Origin: Limisphaerales bacterium
GTDB lineage: Bacteria; Verrucomicrobiota; Verrucomicrobiia; Limisphaerales; UBA11358
Direction: 5' to 3'
Assembly: GCA_052140285.1 (NCBI GenBank)
Contig: JBKQUF010000006.1
Coordinates: 1,133-65,132 of the forward strand
DNA length: 64,000 nucleotides
Part shown: piece by piece, positions 43,328 through 53,071 of the stretch
How positions within the stretch are numbered: position 1 is the first letter of the stretch
Layout: every line of letters starts with the position of its first letter
Position numbers and translations under genes: made by a program
Notes under the pieces: generated by a model
Databases searched by the model: none
What the model was told of the DNA's origin: nothing
The model's input: the letters and a program-made list of their open reading frames with translations, nothing else

Positions 43328-44212
43328 ATGCAAGATTTAATCATCGCCCCCGGACGCGCCGAGAAAAACTACTGGCGCGATTTGTGGCGCTTCCGCGAAC
43401 TGTTCTACTTCCTCGCCTGGCGCGACATTTTGGTCCGCTACAAACAGACCGCCATCGGCGTGGCGTGGGCGGTGATTCAGCCGTTTTTGACCACGGTGGT
43501 GTTCACCCTTGTCTTCAACCGCCTCGCCAATTTATCCGGACCGCCACATGTCCCTTATTTCCTGTTCGTGCTGGCGGCCCAATTGCCCTGGCTGTTCTTT
43601 TCCTCGTCCTTGAGTTCCTCCAGTAACAGCCTCATCGGCAACGCCAACTTGATTTCCAAGATTTATTTCCCGCGCCTGATTGTTCCCGCCGGCTCGGTCA
43701 TCACCAGCTTCGTGGATTTTCTCATCACCACGGGGCTGATGGCGGTGATGATGGTCTGGTTCCGTTTCCTGCCGGACTGGCGGATTTTGGCTCTGCCGCT
43801 TTTCGTGGCGCTGGGCTTTGGCGCGGCCTTTGGCGCGGGACTCTGGTTGTGCTCGTTGAATGTGAAATACCGCGATTTCCGATACATCATCCCCTTCATC
43901 GTGCAATTCGGCTTTTTCGTCTCGCCGGTCGGCTACAGCAGCGACCGTGTGCCGAAAATCTTGCACTGGCACGGGATTGACCTCCCGGCTCGGCTGCTAT
44001 ATTCGCTGAACCCCATGGTTGGTGTCATTGACGGCTTCCGCTGGGCGTTGTTGCGCGGAAACGCCGGGGTCATGAAGGTCGATCAAACCTATGTTGGCAC
44101 CGGCCTCTGGTGGCCCTCCATTCTGTTATCATGTTGTCTCGTCGTCCTGCTCTGCGCTTCGGGCATCTGGTATTTTCGGAAAATGGAAAGGACATTCGCC
44201 GATGTCATTTAA
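43328..44212 (+). CDS. wzm: ABC-2 type polysaccharide/O-antigen export permease
   Basis: Start MQDLIIAPGRAEKNYWRDLWRFRELF at 43328. Paralog of 16..852. The upstream part of the ORF track entry lies in REP family C. Confidence 0.9.
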   Translation: MQDLIIAPGRAEKNYWRDLWRFRELFYFLAWRDILVRYKQTAIGVAWAVIQPFLTTVVFTLVFNRLANLSGPPHVPYFLFVLAAQLPWLFFSSSLSSSSNSLIGNANLISKIYFPRLIVPAGSVITSFVDFLITTGLMAVMMVWFRFLPDWRILALPLFVALGFGAAFGAGLWLCSLNVKYRDFRYIIPFIVQFGFFVSPVGYSSDRVPKILHWHGIDLPARLLYSLNPMVGVIDGFRWALLRGNAGVMKVDQTYVGTGLWWPSILLSCCLVVLLCASGIWYFRKMERTFADVI

Positions 44213-44245
44213 AACGCTGAAACCCTAAAAAGCTGAAATACTGAA

Positions 44246-44617
44246 ATGAGCAGGCTCTCGGAAGATTTAAGGTTGAGAACCAAGCAATATGCTTCGGAAA
44301 TTATCCATTTTTATGTGAAATTGCCCAAAGAGCGTGAAGAGGTAAGGGTTTTGGGAAAACAATTGCTTCGTTCCGGCACTTCGGTTGCCGCTCACGCGCG
44401 CGAGGCTTCGCGGGCGCGTTCCGACTCGGAGTTTTGTTCCAAGCTGGATGGGCTATTGCAGGAGGCGGACGAATCACAGCTCTGGCTGGAATTATTGCGG
44501 GACGATTGCGGCATCACCGGCGATCAACAGAAAAATCTCTTGCGTGAAACCGGCGAACTGATGGCGATATTCATAACGATGGTATCAAAACTACGAAAAA
44601 CTGAAAAGCTAAAATGA
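44246..44617 (+). CDS. four-helix-bundle protein (23S rRNA intervening-sequence protein family)
   Basis: 123 aa. 'QLLRSGTSVAAHAREASRARSDSEFCSKL...EADESQLWLELL' matches the family signature from memory. Wedged between wzm and wzt. Confidence 0.8.
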   Translation: MSRLSEDLRLRTKQYASEIIHFYVKLPKEREEVRVLGKQLLRSGTSVAAHAREASRARSDSEFCSKLDGLLQEADESQLWLELLRDDCGITGDQQKNLLRETGELMAIFITMVSKLRKTEKLK

Positions 44618-44668
44618 CCGTTGTCAATTTCAGATTTTCAGCGTTTTAGTTTTTCAGCATTTTAAAAA

Positions 44669-46030
44669 ATGAGCGAAGCGATTATCACTGTTTCCAATCT
44701 CGGCAAAAAATACCGGATTGCGCATCAAGGCAGCCGCCCGCGCTACACCGCCCTGCGCGACGTCATCGCCCAAAAATGCGCCGCGCCTTTCCGCGCCCTC
44801 TTCGGCAAAAACGGATTGGAGAAAAATTCCGCAAATCCGCAATCGGCAATCGGCAATCGGCAACCGGTGGAGGATTTCTGGGCGCTCAAGAACGTTTCCT
44901 TTGAAGTCAAACAGGGCGAAGTCGTGGGCATCATCGGACGGAACGGCGCGGGCAAATCCACCCTGCTGAAAATTTTGAGCCGCATCACCGAGCCGACCGA
45001 AGGCGAAATTCACATCCGGGGCCGCGTCGCGAGCCTGCTGGAGGTGGGCACCGGGTTCCACCCGGAACTGACTGGACGCGAAAATATTTTTCTCAATGGC
45101 GCCATCCTGGGCATGAGCCGGGCGGAGATAAAAAGCAAGTTTGACGAAATCGTGGCTTTTGCCGAGGTGGAAAAATTTCTGGATACGCCGGTCAAACGAT
45201 ATTCCTCGGGGATGTATGTGCGGCTGGCCTTTGCCGTGGCCGCGCATTTGGAACCGGAGATTTTGATCGTGGATGAAGTGCTGGCCGTCGGTGATGCGCA
45301 GTTTCAGAAAAAATGTCTGGGCAAGATGCAGGATGTGAGCAGAGGGGGCCGCACAGTGCTTTTTGTAAGCCACAACATGGCGGTGGTGAATAAACTGTGT
45401 CATCGCGCCGTTTATTTGACGCATGGACAGGTTACACAGATCGGCGAAACTTCCAAAGTGGTGGACGCTTATGTGGGGGCGGGCATCGCTTCAGGCGTGG
45501 AAGTTGCGATTCGCCCTGAGGACCATCTGCCATCTTGGGGCGGCAACACTTCCATTCAGTTACTGAACGTCCGGCTGCTGGATCCGGAGTTCGACTCTTT
45601 CCAAGTGCGCTGGCAGCAACAAATCCGGTTGGAATTGCGGTTTGAGGTCAAAATCGAACTGCGAACGGTTGTTTTTTCGCTTCTGATTTCAAACATGAGC
45701 GGGATTGAAATTTTAGGATCCCACTCCAGCCACGAAACCCCGTATTCGTTGAAACCTGGCTTTTACCGTTTTGAAGTTGAAATTGCTAATCCATTGAGAT
45801 CCGGGTTTTATCATCTCACCTTGGGCGCCGATTATCCCCTCGCGTCCGTACCACTATTTCAGGTTCCTCATGCTGCCACGTTGGAAGTATTGGACATTGG
45901 AGTGGGAGACAAACAACAGCCGCAGTGGGGCAACTTGATAATTGATGTCGAGGCAGCTTGGCGCAATCTGGAATCCAGCCCAAAAACGACCAATCCAAGA
46001 GACCTATGTAATTTGGGATCCCGTCCTTGA
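44669..46030 (+). CDS. wzt: polysaccharide/O-antigen ABC transporter ATP-binding protein with C-terminal glycan-binding-type domain
   Basis: 'GIIGRNGAGKSTLLK', 'LLEVGTGFHPELTGRENI', 'YSSGMYVRLAFAVA' and 'ILIVDEVLAVGD'. An extra beta-rich C-terminal domain of about 190 aa matches the Wzt architecture. Confidence 0.9.
   Translation: MSEAIITVSNLGKKYRIAHQGSRPRYTALRDVIAQKCAAPFRALFGKNGLEKNSANPQSAIGNRQPVEDFWALKNVSFEVKQGEVVGIIGRNGAGKSTLLKILSRITEPTEGEIHIRGRVASLLEVGTGFHPELTGRENIFLNGAILGMSRAEIKSKFDEIVAFAEVEKFLDTPVKRYSSGMYVRLAFAVAAHLEPEILIVDEVLAVGDAQFQKKCLGKMQDVSRGGRTVLFVSHNMAVVNKLCHRAVYLTHGQVTQIGETSKVVDAYVGAGIASGVEVAIRPEDHLPSWGGNTSIQLLNVRLLDPEFDSFQVRWQQQIRLELRFEVKIELRTVVFSLLISNMSGIEILGSHSSHETPYSLKPGFYRFEVEIANPLRSGFYHLTLGADYPLASVPLFQVPHAATLEVLDIGVGDKQQPQWGNLIIDVEAAWRNLESSPKTTNPRDLCNLGSRP
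44831..44866. repeat. heptanucleotide tandem repeat (GCAATCG x3 with flanking variants) within wzt
   Basis: Read directly. Encodes 'NPQSAIGNRQ' in the variable linker before 'FWALKNVSF'. Confidence 0.85.
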
Positions 46031-46055
46031 AATCAATGTACGTCATCGCTATAAT
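46027..46055 (+). promoter_or_regulatory. sigma70-like promoter TTGAAA-N17-TATAAT
   Basis: Read directly. The -35 box overlaps the wzt stop, and the -10 box ends 21 nt before the ATG at 46077. Confidence 0.35.
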
Positions 46056-46076
46056 CTTGGTCTGCAATCGGCAATC

Positions 46077-46859
46077 ATGCTAGGCATTTTTGTCATCAAG
46101 GTGAAATTCGGCGGACTGGGAGATCACCTGTTTTACAGTCATCTGCCGCGCATCGCCAAGCAAAGCGGAAAATTCTCGAGGGTCTTGATTTCCGATTTAT
46201 CAGAATACCGGAACCCCGATTACCGGCGTCTGATTTGGGAGGCAAACCCTTACGTGGACGGTTTTACGAGGGAGGATGCGCCTTATCCGCTGTTTGACAA
46301 TGTGCCGGCGGGTACAAATCTAATGGATCAAATCATGATATTACGCGGCTTGGATGACGGGAAACGTTTTCACGAGCCGGAACTTTATTTCAAGCCTGGA
46401 AAAATTGATTCTCTGGCTGGGGCAACCGTTTATGATCCAAATTTTGTCTCCAATGTTGGTAATCTGGAAGCACGTCACATCGAACGCTTCTTTGCGCGCA
46501 ATAAAATCACACCGGACTTCATGTTGCAACCGCGCGGCAAAGGCTTTCCAGTGCGACGCTACGGAACAATAATTGAGACCAAAAATCTTGAGCATTACTG
46601 TTCTGTGATTGTCAGCGCCAGGCGGTTCATTTGTCTAACTTCAGGAGGAGCCACGCTGGCAGCGGCTCTCGGAGCACCGGTCGTGGCGCTTTGGGGCAAC
46701 GGCCAATGCCAGATGTTTCATCATTCGCCAATCCACACCTATGTGAATGTGAACCCGATCACACTGCGTCAACGTATCCGTGCCAGATTAAAAGGATACG
46801 CAAGAACACTGCTCCGAAGGATGACCGGTGAATTGAAAAACACCTTCAATACGAGCTGA
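46077..46859 (+). CDS. putative glycosyltransferase, GT9 (heptosyltransferase)-like
   Basis: 'FGGLGDHLF' near the N-terminus and 'CLTSGGATLAAALGAPVVALWG' near the C-terminus resemble GT9 motifs. Shorter than typical GT9 enzymes. Confidence 0.4.
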   Translation: MLGIFVIKVKFGGLGDHLFYSHLPRIAKQSGKFSRVLISDLSEYRNPDYRRLIWEANPYVDGFTREDAPYPLFDNVPAGTNLMDQIMILRGLDDGKRFHEPELYFKPGKIDSLAGATVYDPNFVSNVGNLEARHIERFFARNKITPDFMLQPRGKGFPVRRYGTIIETKNLEHYCSVIVSARRFICLTSGGATLAAALGAPVVALWGNGQCQMFHHSPIHTYVNVNPITLRQRIRARLKGYARTLLRRMTGELKNTFNTS

Positions 46860-46892
46860 AGCTCCGCACTCGAAGCAGACACGAAAATCAAC

Positions 46893-47768
46893 ATGGTGAT
46901 TGTAAAAATCCATGCGGGTCTAGGCAACCAGATGTTCCAGTATGCAACGGGCAGGTGCTTGGCGCTGCAAAAGCGCACGCCGTTATATCTGGACATCTTG
47001 GAATATGAATCCGGCACGTTTCGTAAGTATGAACTTGGGCGGTTCAACATCTCGACGGAATATATCAACCGCGCCCGGAAAAGTCTGACCTTGAGATGGG
47101 GCTGCAGACGGTTTGCACTCTTGCGCCGATTGTTGCATGCCTGCCACAGTTCGCTTGCGCCAAAATACATTAAAGATTTAGAACATGGATTTGACGCAGT
47201 TTTGGGGCAAACCAAGGGCAGTGTTTATCTGGATGGTTATTGGCAAAGTGAGCGGTATTTTGCAGAAATCCGCAGCGTGTTGCTGAAGGAATTTACTTTC
47301 AAAGATGAGCCAAATTCGGAGAATGCGAAATGTTTGTCCAGTATTGTATCACAAAATGCTGTTTGTGTACATGTCCGCCGGGGTGATTATGTTACGACAC
47401 CACATGGTCAAACCAAACATGGTGTTTGTCCATTGGATTACTATCGAGCGGCAATTGATTACATTCAGGAACGAGTGGTTGACCCGGCTTTTTTTGTTTT
47501 TTCGGATGATCCTGGGTGGGTATCCTCAAATTTCCCGCGATCAAATTTAATGTCAATTGTCTCCCATAATGCTGGAAAAAATGATTCCGAAGACCTTCGG
47601 CTGATGATGAACTGCCGGCATTTCATCATAGCGAACAGCTCGTTTAGCTGGTGGGCAGCATGGCTTGGACGGTTTTCCAAAAAAATAGCAATCGCGCCCC
47701 GACGTTGGTTTATATCACCAAACCAAAGTGATACAGATTTAGTGCCGGAATCATGGGTGCGGCTTTGA
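46893..47768 (+). CDS. alpha-1,2-fucosyltransferase (GT11)
   Basis: 'GLGNQMFQYA', 'HVRRGDY', 'FFVFSDDPGW' and 'IIANSSFSWWAAWL' are the GT11 motif set. Confidence 0.9.
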   Translation: MVIVKIHAGLGNQMFQYATGRCLALQKRTPLYLDILEYESGTFRKYELGRFNISTEYINRARKSLTLRWGCRRFALLRRLLHACHSSLAPKYIKDLEHGFDAVLGQTKGSVYLDGYWQSERYFAEIRSVLLKEFTFKDEPNSENAKCLSSIVSQNAVCVHVRRGDYVTTPHGQTKHGVCPLDYYRAAIDYIQERVVDPAFFVFSDDPGWVSSNFPRSNLMSIVSHNAGKNDSEDLRLMMNCRHFIIANSSFSWWAAWLGRFSKKIAIAPRRWFISPNQSDTDLVPESWVRL

Positions 47769-47782
47769 TTGAATTAAAATTC

Positions 47783-48697
47783 ATGCCTGACATCTCCGTC
47801 ATCATTTGCACTCATAACCCAAGAGAAGATTATCTCCACAGGGTACTGGACGCGCTTAACGCGCAGACGTTACCAAAGGAACAATGGGAACTGTTGCTCA
47901 TTGACAATGCGTCCAAGGAACCTTTGTTGGGCAAGTGGAATTTGTCCTGGCACCCGCACGCCCGCCATGTCCGCGAGGAGGAACTAGGCCTGACACCCGC
48001 CCGCCTGCGCGGCATCAAGGAATCCGTCGGCGAATTACTGGTCTTCGTGGATGATGATAATGTGCTGTTTTCAAATTATTTGGAACATTTGTTAAGAATC
48101 AGCCAGGATTGGAGAGTCCTTGGAGTTTGGAGCGGACGCTCGTTACCTGCCTTTGATTCGCCGCCGGCGGTCTGGACAAAGCCTTATTGGAAATACCTGG
48201 CTTTGCATGATTTCTCATCGGCCTCGTGGGGAAATTTCGCCACGGCTATTGATTCATTTCCATGCGGAGCGGGAATGTGCATCAGACGACCTGTTGCCGA
48301 AAAATATTGCGAGGTTGTGACGTCCGACATCCGTATGAAGCATCTGGGGCGAAAAGGAAATTCTTTGTTTTCTCAGGAAGACTTTCAGATTGTCTATTGT
48401 TCGATTGACGCGGGGTTGGGTTTTGGCAGGTTTCCTCAACTTGTGTTGACGCACTTGATCCCACGTGTGCGGCTAACCGAGGATTATTTCGAACGTCTTT
48501 TGGAAGCGGACAGCGCTTCTTCTGCTATACTGCAATACTGCCGCGGTAAATACCTGCCACCGTCAGGATTGGGAAGAATAAAGCGATGGTTGAAACTAGC
48601 GTTCAAGAGGGGACGCGACCGCCGCTTTTACAAGGCTGCGCTGAAGGGCGAACGAGATGGCGTCCGTATTGCAAAAGAGTGGGCGAACGCATTGTAA
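47783..48697 (+). CDS. GT2 family glycosyltransferase
   Basis: 'ISVIICTHNPRE', 'LLIDNASKEP' and 'VFVDDDN'. Confidence 0.85.
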   Translation: MPDISVIICTHNPREDYLHRVLDALNAQTLPKEQWELLLIDNASKEPLLGKWNLSWHPHARHVREEELGLTPARLRGIKESVGELLVFVDDDNVLFSNYLEHLLRISQDWRVLGVWSGRSLPAFDSPPAVWTKPYWKYLALHDFSSASWGNFATAIDSFPCGAGMCIRRPVAEKYCEVVTSDIRMKHLGRKGNSLFSQEDFQIVYCSIDAGLGFGRFPQLVLTHLIPRVRLTEDYFERLLEADSASSAILQYCRGKYLPPSGLGRIKRWLKLAFKRGRDRRFYKAALKGERDGVRIAKEWANAL

Positions 48698-49866
48698 TGA
48701 TTGGTTACGTCCATCATATTTTGCCGTGCAAGAGAGCGATCCACCACGGCATTTGGAATTTCGCCGAAAAACTGGCGGCGAAACTTTCGGAGGGTTTTGG
48801 GATAGAATCAGGGTTTTCTCACTGGACCAGACGCAACGACTCGGATACCGCGCATATACGGGACTCATCGGCCGTGCGCGCGACGCGGCAAGAACTCATC
48901 TCGCGCGCCCGTGGCGACAAGTTCGTTGCCATTTTGTTGCATTTTGATTACGGAAGCTACGGATGGTATGATCTGCCTCTTTGGCTCTATTTCGATCTTT
49001 TGGCGGTTAAGCGAGCCATTCTCCATTTGCGCCTATTGGTCTTTTGCCATGAAACGCCGCCTCTGGCAGCGCGCCGGCGTCGGGAGCGCGTTCTCCTGCC
49101 TCTCTCACGCCATGTATTTGGATTAATTTTACGCTTATCCGATTTCGCCTATTGCTCGAATCCTTTGGGCATGGAACAAATAAAGCATGCCACGTCCAAA
49201 GCAGCCCCGGTTTCATGGCGTCCGATTTTTTCGAACATAGGAGAACCGGCAGATGATGCGTTTCTTAGGAGCAAAAATCCGAAGGAATGGGTTGTCTTTG
49301 GCTCTGCCGGCAATCTTCCGCGTTACCTTGAGTCTTTGGAAGCGGAATTCCATGGACTTCCAGCGGCGATCGCGCCGGATATTCTTAATGTGATCGGGGG
49401 GGGCGATTCGCAGATTGTTCGAAAGAGAGTTCAAGCGTTGCGACGGGAGATCGCTCAGGTGTCCCATTGCGCGGCTGCCTCGGACGCTGAATGCTCGGAG
49501 ATTTTCAATCGTTCGCTCTTTTGCTATTTGAAGTATTTCGAAAATGAGAAACCAGAGTTTCCCGAGGTTTTATTGAAATCCGGGGTGTTTGCGGCAGCCA
49601 ATGCCCATGGAGTGATTCCAGTGATCTGCCACGAAGGCATGGAGCGCTTCACCCGGGCGACTGGACACCCAGGCGGTATTTGGAAGAAAAACGGTTTATG
49701 GCTGGTGCCTTCAAGTCTGGATCAAATGTCTCAATCGCTGTTTCGATGGTATCAGACAAAAAGTTCCAGTAACGGAATGGTGCAAATGATTGTAAACGAC
49801 TTGTGCCGGAACAAGAATTATGCCCCCCTTGTCAGGAAAGTTTCACTGCCTTCTGCCGGTTCGTGA
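48697..49866 (+). CDS. hypothetical protein (possibly a divergent GT-B fold glycosyltransferase)
   Basis: Start overlaps the upstream stop (TAATG). Sits in the GT operon. Only a weak 'SGVFAAANAHGVIPV' resemblance to GT-B C-domains. Confidence 0.4.
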   Translation: MIGYVHHILPCKRAIHHGIWNFAEKLAAKLSEGFGIESGFSHWTRRNDSDTAHIRDSSAVRATRQELISRARGDKFVAILLHFDYGSYGWYDLPLWLYFDLLAVKRAILHLRLLVFCHETPPLAARRRRERVLLPLSRHVFGLILRLSDFAYCSNPLGMEQIKHATSKAAPVSWRPIFSNIGEPADDAFLRSKNPKEWVVFGSAGNLPRYLESLEAEFHGLPAAIAPDILNVIGGGDSQIVRKRVQALRREIAQVSHCAAASDAECSEIFNRSLFCYLKYFENEKPEFPEVLLKSGVFAAANAHGVIPVICHEGMERFTRATGHPGGIWKKNGLWLVPSSLDQMSQSLFRWYQTKSSSNGMVQMIVNDLCRNKNYAPLVRKVSLPSAGS

Positions 49867-50779
49867 CGAAGCCGACATCATCGGCCAAAGCCTCCGGCAT
49901 CTGCTGACGTGGGCGGATGCCATTTATGTCTTCGACACGGGCAGCGTGGATGATACTTGGGAAATCGTGCAGGACTTCGCCGGAAAGGAGCGCCGGGTAA
50001 TTCCCCTAAAAAAGGATGCGGTGCTTTTTTCCGACCCCGGAATTCGCGGCTGGATGTTTCATCAAGCTCGGAAGAATATGCGGGAAGGCGACTGGTTTCT
50101 GCGCGTGGATGCGGATGAGTTCCATCATATTCCACCTCCCGAATTTGTGAAAACCCGCCTGTGCCGGCACGAAACCATCGTCTGGCACCAGTATTACGAT
50201 TTCCGGCTTACGGCTTCCGAGGTCAAGGCCTGGGAGGCAGGCAAGGAAACAGTGGCCGATCGCCAGCACCCGATTGAAGAGCGGCGACGGTGGTTCACGC
50301 CCAGCGATTACAGCGAACCGCGTCTGTGCCGTTACCGGGAGACGATGGAATGGCCGGCCAGCCGGTCCCAACCATACAATGCGGGCTATGTGGCGAGCGA
50401 GCGGTTGCCCATCCGCCATTATCCCCACCGGGATCCGGAGCAATTGCGCCGGCGCTGCCAGTTGCGCGCCATAATGATGGCCAACTGCCACCATTGGACA
50501 CAGCCTGAATCACATCACTGGTCGGAGGGCGATTGGCGGAAATTCATCACACCGGATAATCTGCCGGAACTTCACCGCTGGCAACCCGGAACAGCGCTGC
50601 TGGAATTCAATTTCACCAGCCATTTGCGCCCGCCACATATCCGAGTTGTGCAAAGATTTGTTCACACATTCTGTTTGCCAATCCTAGACCGCACGCGGGC
50701 CAAATGGTCGGACGCAGACCATCCGCCCAAAATCCCAACTGACCTCCAAAAGCTCTTGGAGCGTGAGATGATTGCTTGA
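49820..50779 (+). CDS. GT-A fold glycosyltransferase (Glyco_tranf_2_4-like)
   Basis: 'LLPVRDEADII', 'VFDTGSVDDTWEI' and 'RVDADEF'. Overlaps the upstream ORF by 47 nt, so the start is uncertain. Confidence 0.65.
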   Translation: MPPLSGKFHCLLPVRDEADIIGQSLRHLLTWADAIYVFDTGSVDDTWEIVQDFAGKERRVIPLKKDAVLFSDPGIRGWMFHQARKNMREGDWFLRVDADEFHHIPPPEFVKTRLCRHETIVWHQYYDFRLTASEVKAWEAGKETVADRQHPIEERRRWFTPSDYSEPRLCRYRETMEWPASRSQPYNAGYVASERLPIRHYPHRDPEQLRRRCQLRAIMMANCHHWTQPESHHWSEGDWRKFITPDNLPELHRWQPGTALLEFNFTSHLRPPHIRVVQRFVHTFCLPILDRTRAKWSDADHPPKIPTDLQKLLEREMIA

Positions 50780-50970
50780 TATTTTGGAGGCCATTGTTCC
50801 ATTTATAAAACGAGTGATCCCGGCGCGTTACCGCCCCATCGGGTATCTCCTGCATTTGACTCGCCCTCGCTGGCGCATTTCAGACTCGACACTTTTGACG
50901 AAATCCCATCTGGATTGGAGTGTCAGAGAATGGCGTCCGGTGCAAATGGCCTGGTTGTGGATGGAACCGT

Positions 50971-52110
50971 ATGACTGAATTCCAGCCATCAGTTCGGGTT
51001 TTGTTTTGTTGCACTGGGGTAGGGATTTTTAACCGCGGATTTGAATCCTTCTGCCGGGAGGGATTTGACGGATTAAAAAACACTCCGGGGCTGGACGCCT
51101 GGTTGATCAAAGGAGCGGGAGAACGAACAGAACGCGAAATCCCGGTCTGGTGCCTGCCGCGCACCGGGCGACCGGCCAGATGGCTGGGGCGGTTGTTAAA
51201 CCGCAATCCCTATATCACGGAACAATGGAGCAGTTTCTTTCCAGTCGTCCGGCAAATTCGGCGTATCCGCCCGCGGGTCATTTTCTACAGCGACGCGAAT
51301 CTTGGCTTTCAACTTTTTTTCCGCCGAAAATGGATCGGCGTTCCCTATCGGCTGCTTTTCTCGAACGGCGGCCCCGGCTACCCTCCTTTTGACCGGACCG
51401 ATTTTGTGCAGCAAGTGGCGCCGCTTTACCATGAACAGGCTCTGGCGTTTGGCGAGCCAGCCGCCAAACATTTCATGGTGCCTTACGGCATCACGGTTCC
51501 GCCCCCGCCGGTTTTCAATCCGGACGCCAAACGCGCCCTGCGGTTGCAACTGGGAATGCCAGCGGACCGCCCGGTGATTTTGAGTGTGGGCGCCATAAAC
51601 CGCCAACACAAGCGGATGCACTATTTGGTCGAAGAAATTGCCCGGCTTCCGCAGCCGCGTCCGTTTCTGCAATTGCTGGGTGCGATGGATGAAGAGTCGC
51701 CGGGGGTCATTGAACTTGCAGCCAGATTGCTTGAACCGGACAGTTTCTCAATCAAATCGGTGTCATACGAACGAGTCTCTGACTATTATCGGGCGGCGGA
51801 TGTTTTCGTGCTCGGTTCGCTGCTGGAGGGTTTTGGCCGGGTCTATCTGGAAGCGATGATGCACGGCCTGCCGGTCATCGCCCACCGGCATCCGGTCATG
51901 GAATATGTTCTGGGCGGCGAAGGCATGCTCGGCGATTTGAGCCGTCCAGGTGAGCTGGCCGGATTATTGTCGCGGGAATTAAAAAATGAGCCGAACGATG
52001 TGGTGATCTCGGGGCGATGGGAAAGCGTGCGCCGCCGTTTCAGTTGGCCGGAACTGGCCCCGCAATACTTCAGGATGATTTCGGAAGTTGCGCTTCTACC
52101 AATCAAATAA
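50971..52110 (+). CDS. GT4 family glycosyltransferase
   Basis: 'FVLGSLLEGFGRVYLEAMMHGLPVIAH' (EX7E region). ATG at 50971 preferred. Confidence 0.8.
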   Translation: MTEFQPSVRVLFCCTGVGIFNRGFESFCREGFDGLKNTPGLDAWLIKGAGERTEREIPVWCLPRTGRPARWLGRLLNRNPYITEQWSSFFPVVRQIRRIRPRVIFYSDANLGFQLFFRRKWIGVPYRLLFSNGGPGYPPFDRTDFVQQVAPLYHEQALAFGEPAAKHFMVPYGITVPPPPVFNPDAKRALRLQLGMPADRPVILSVGAINRQHKRMHYLVEEIARLPQPRPFLQLLGAMDEESPGVIELAARLLEPDSFSIKSVSYERVSDYYRAADVFVLGSLLEGFGRVYLEAMMHGLPVIAHRHPVMEYVLGGEGMLGDLSRPGELAGLLSRELKNEPNDVVISGRWESVRRRFSWPELAPQYFRMISEVALLPIK

Positions 52111-53071
52111 CCTCTTGCAAGCCACGGTAGTCATCACGACAAAAAACCGGAAGGAGGATCTGATCAAGAGCCTCGTCTCGGCTTTCAACCAAACGGTTCC
52201 ACTGAAGGTTTTGGTCATAGATGATGGCTCGACTGACGGAACTTATGAGCTTGTGCGGCGCGAATTTCCTCAAGTTCAAATCCATCGTTCAGACACGTCC
52301 CTGGGGTTGATTGTACAACGCAATCGCGCGGCGCGGCTTGTGGAAACACCTATCTTGATTTCGATTGACGATGATGCAGTTTTTTCAACCCCAACTGTCA
52401 TAGAGGCGACGTTGCGGGAATTCAATCATCCCTGCGTCGGTGCGGTGGCCATTCCCGTTGTGGATGTGAACCGCAGCCCGGCCATCCACCAAAAGGCGCC
52501 TGAGCCGGACGGCATTTATGCCACGTACAGTTTTATCGGCACGGCGCACGCATTGCGCCGCGACGTGTTCCTGGCCTTGGATGGATATCGCGAGATTCTC
52601 ATCCATCAATCAGAAGAGGAGGATTACAGCATCCGTATGTTAAACGCCGGTTGGATCACGCGGTGCGGCAACGCCGACCCGATCCATCATTTCGAGTCGC
52701 CCCGGCGAAGTTGGACGCGGATGGATTATTTCGGGGCGCGCAACAAGATATTATACGCCTGGCATAATGTGCCCTTCCCGGCCGTCGCGCTCCAATTGCC
52801 TGGAAGGACGGGCAAAGCGCTGGTTTTCTCGCTGCGACCAGGCCGAATGCTGACGCGGCTCCGGGGCTTGTTGGATGGTTACTTCTTGTGCCTGACTAGC
52901 CGGGCGAAAAGGCAGCCGGTAAAGCTCGCCGTTTATCGGTTGAGCCGGGAACTGAAGCGTTTGGGCGCCGTACCATTGAATGAAATCGAGTTGCCACCAC
53001 AATCAAAGATTTGCCTGAACTCTGGACCAAGCCAAATCGGTTTTGAAATATTCCGCGGGAAAATAAAATGA
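52088..53071 (+). CDS. GT2 family glycosyltransferase
   Basis: 'VVITTKNRKEDL', 'VIDDGSTDGT' and 'SIDDDAVF'. Non-ATG start, TTG at 52088 or 52115. Confidence 0.8.
   Translation: MRFYQSNNLLQATVVITTKNRKEDLIKSLVSAFNQTVPLKVLVIDDGSTDGTYELVRREFPQVQIHRSDTSLGLIVQRNRAARLVETPILISIDDDAVFSTPTVIEATLREFNHPCVGAVAIPVVDVNRSPAIHQKAPEPDGIYATYSFIGTAHALRRDVFLALDGYREILIHQSEEEDYSIRMLNAGWITRCGNADPIHHFESPRRSWTRMDYFGARNKILYAWHNVPFPAVALQLPGRTGKALVFSLRPGRMLTRLRGLLDGYFLCLTSRAKRQPVKLAVYRLSRELKRLGAVPLNEIELPPQSKICLNSGPSQIGFEIFRGKIK

Noticed and set aside
44654-45424. 256-aa minus-strand ORF opposite wzt
   Set aside because: The plus strand carries the unambiguous ABC ATPase motifs, so this is an antisense artefact.
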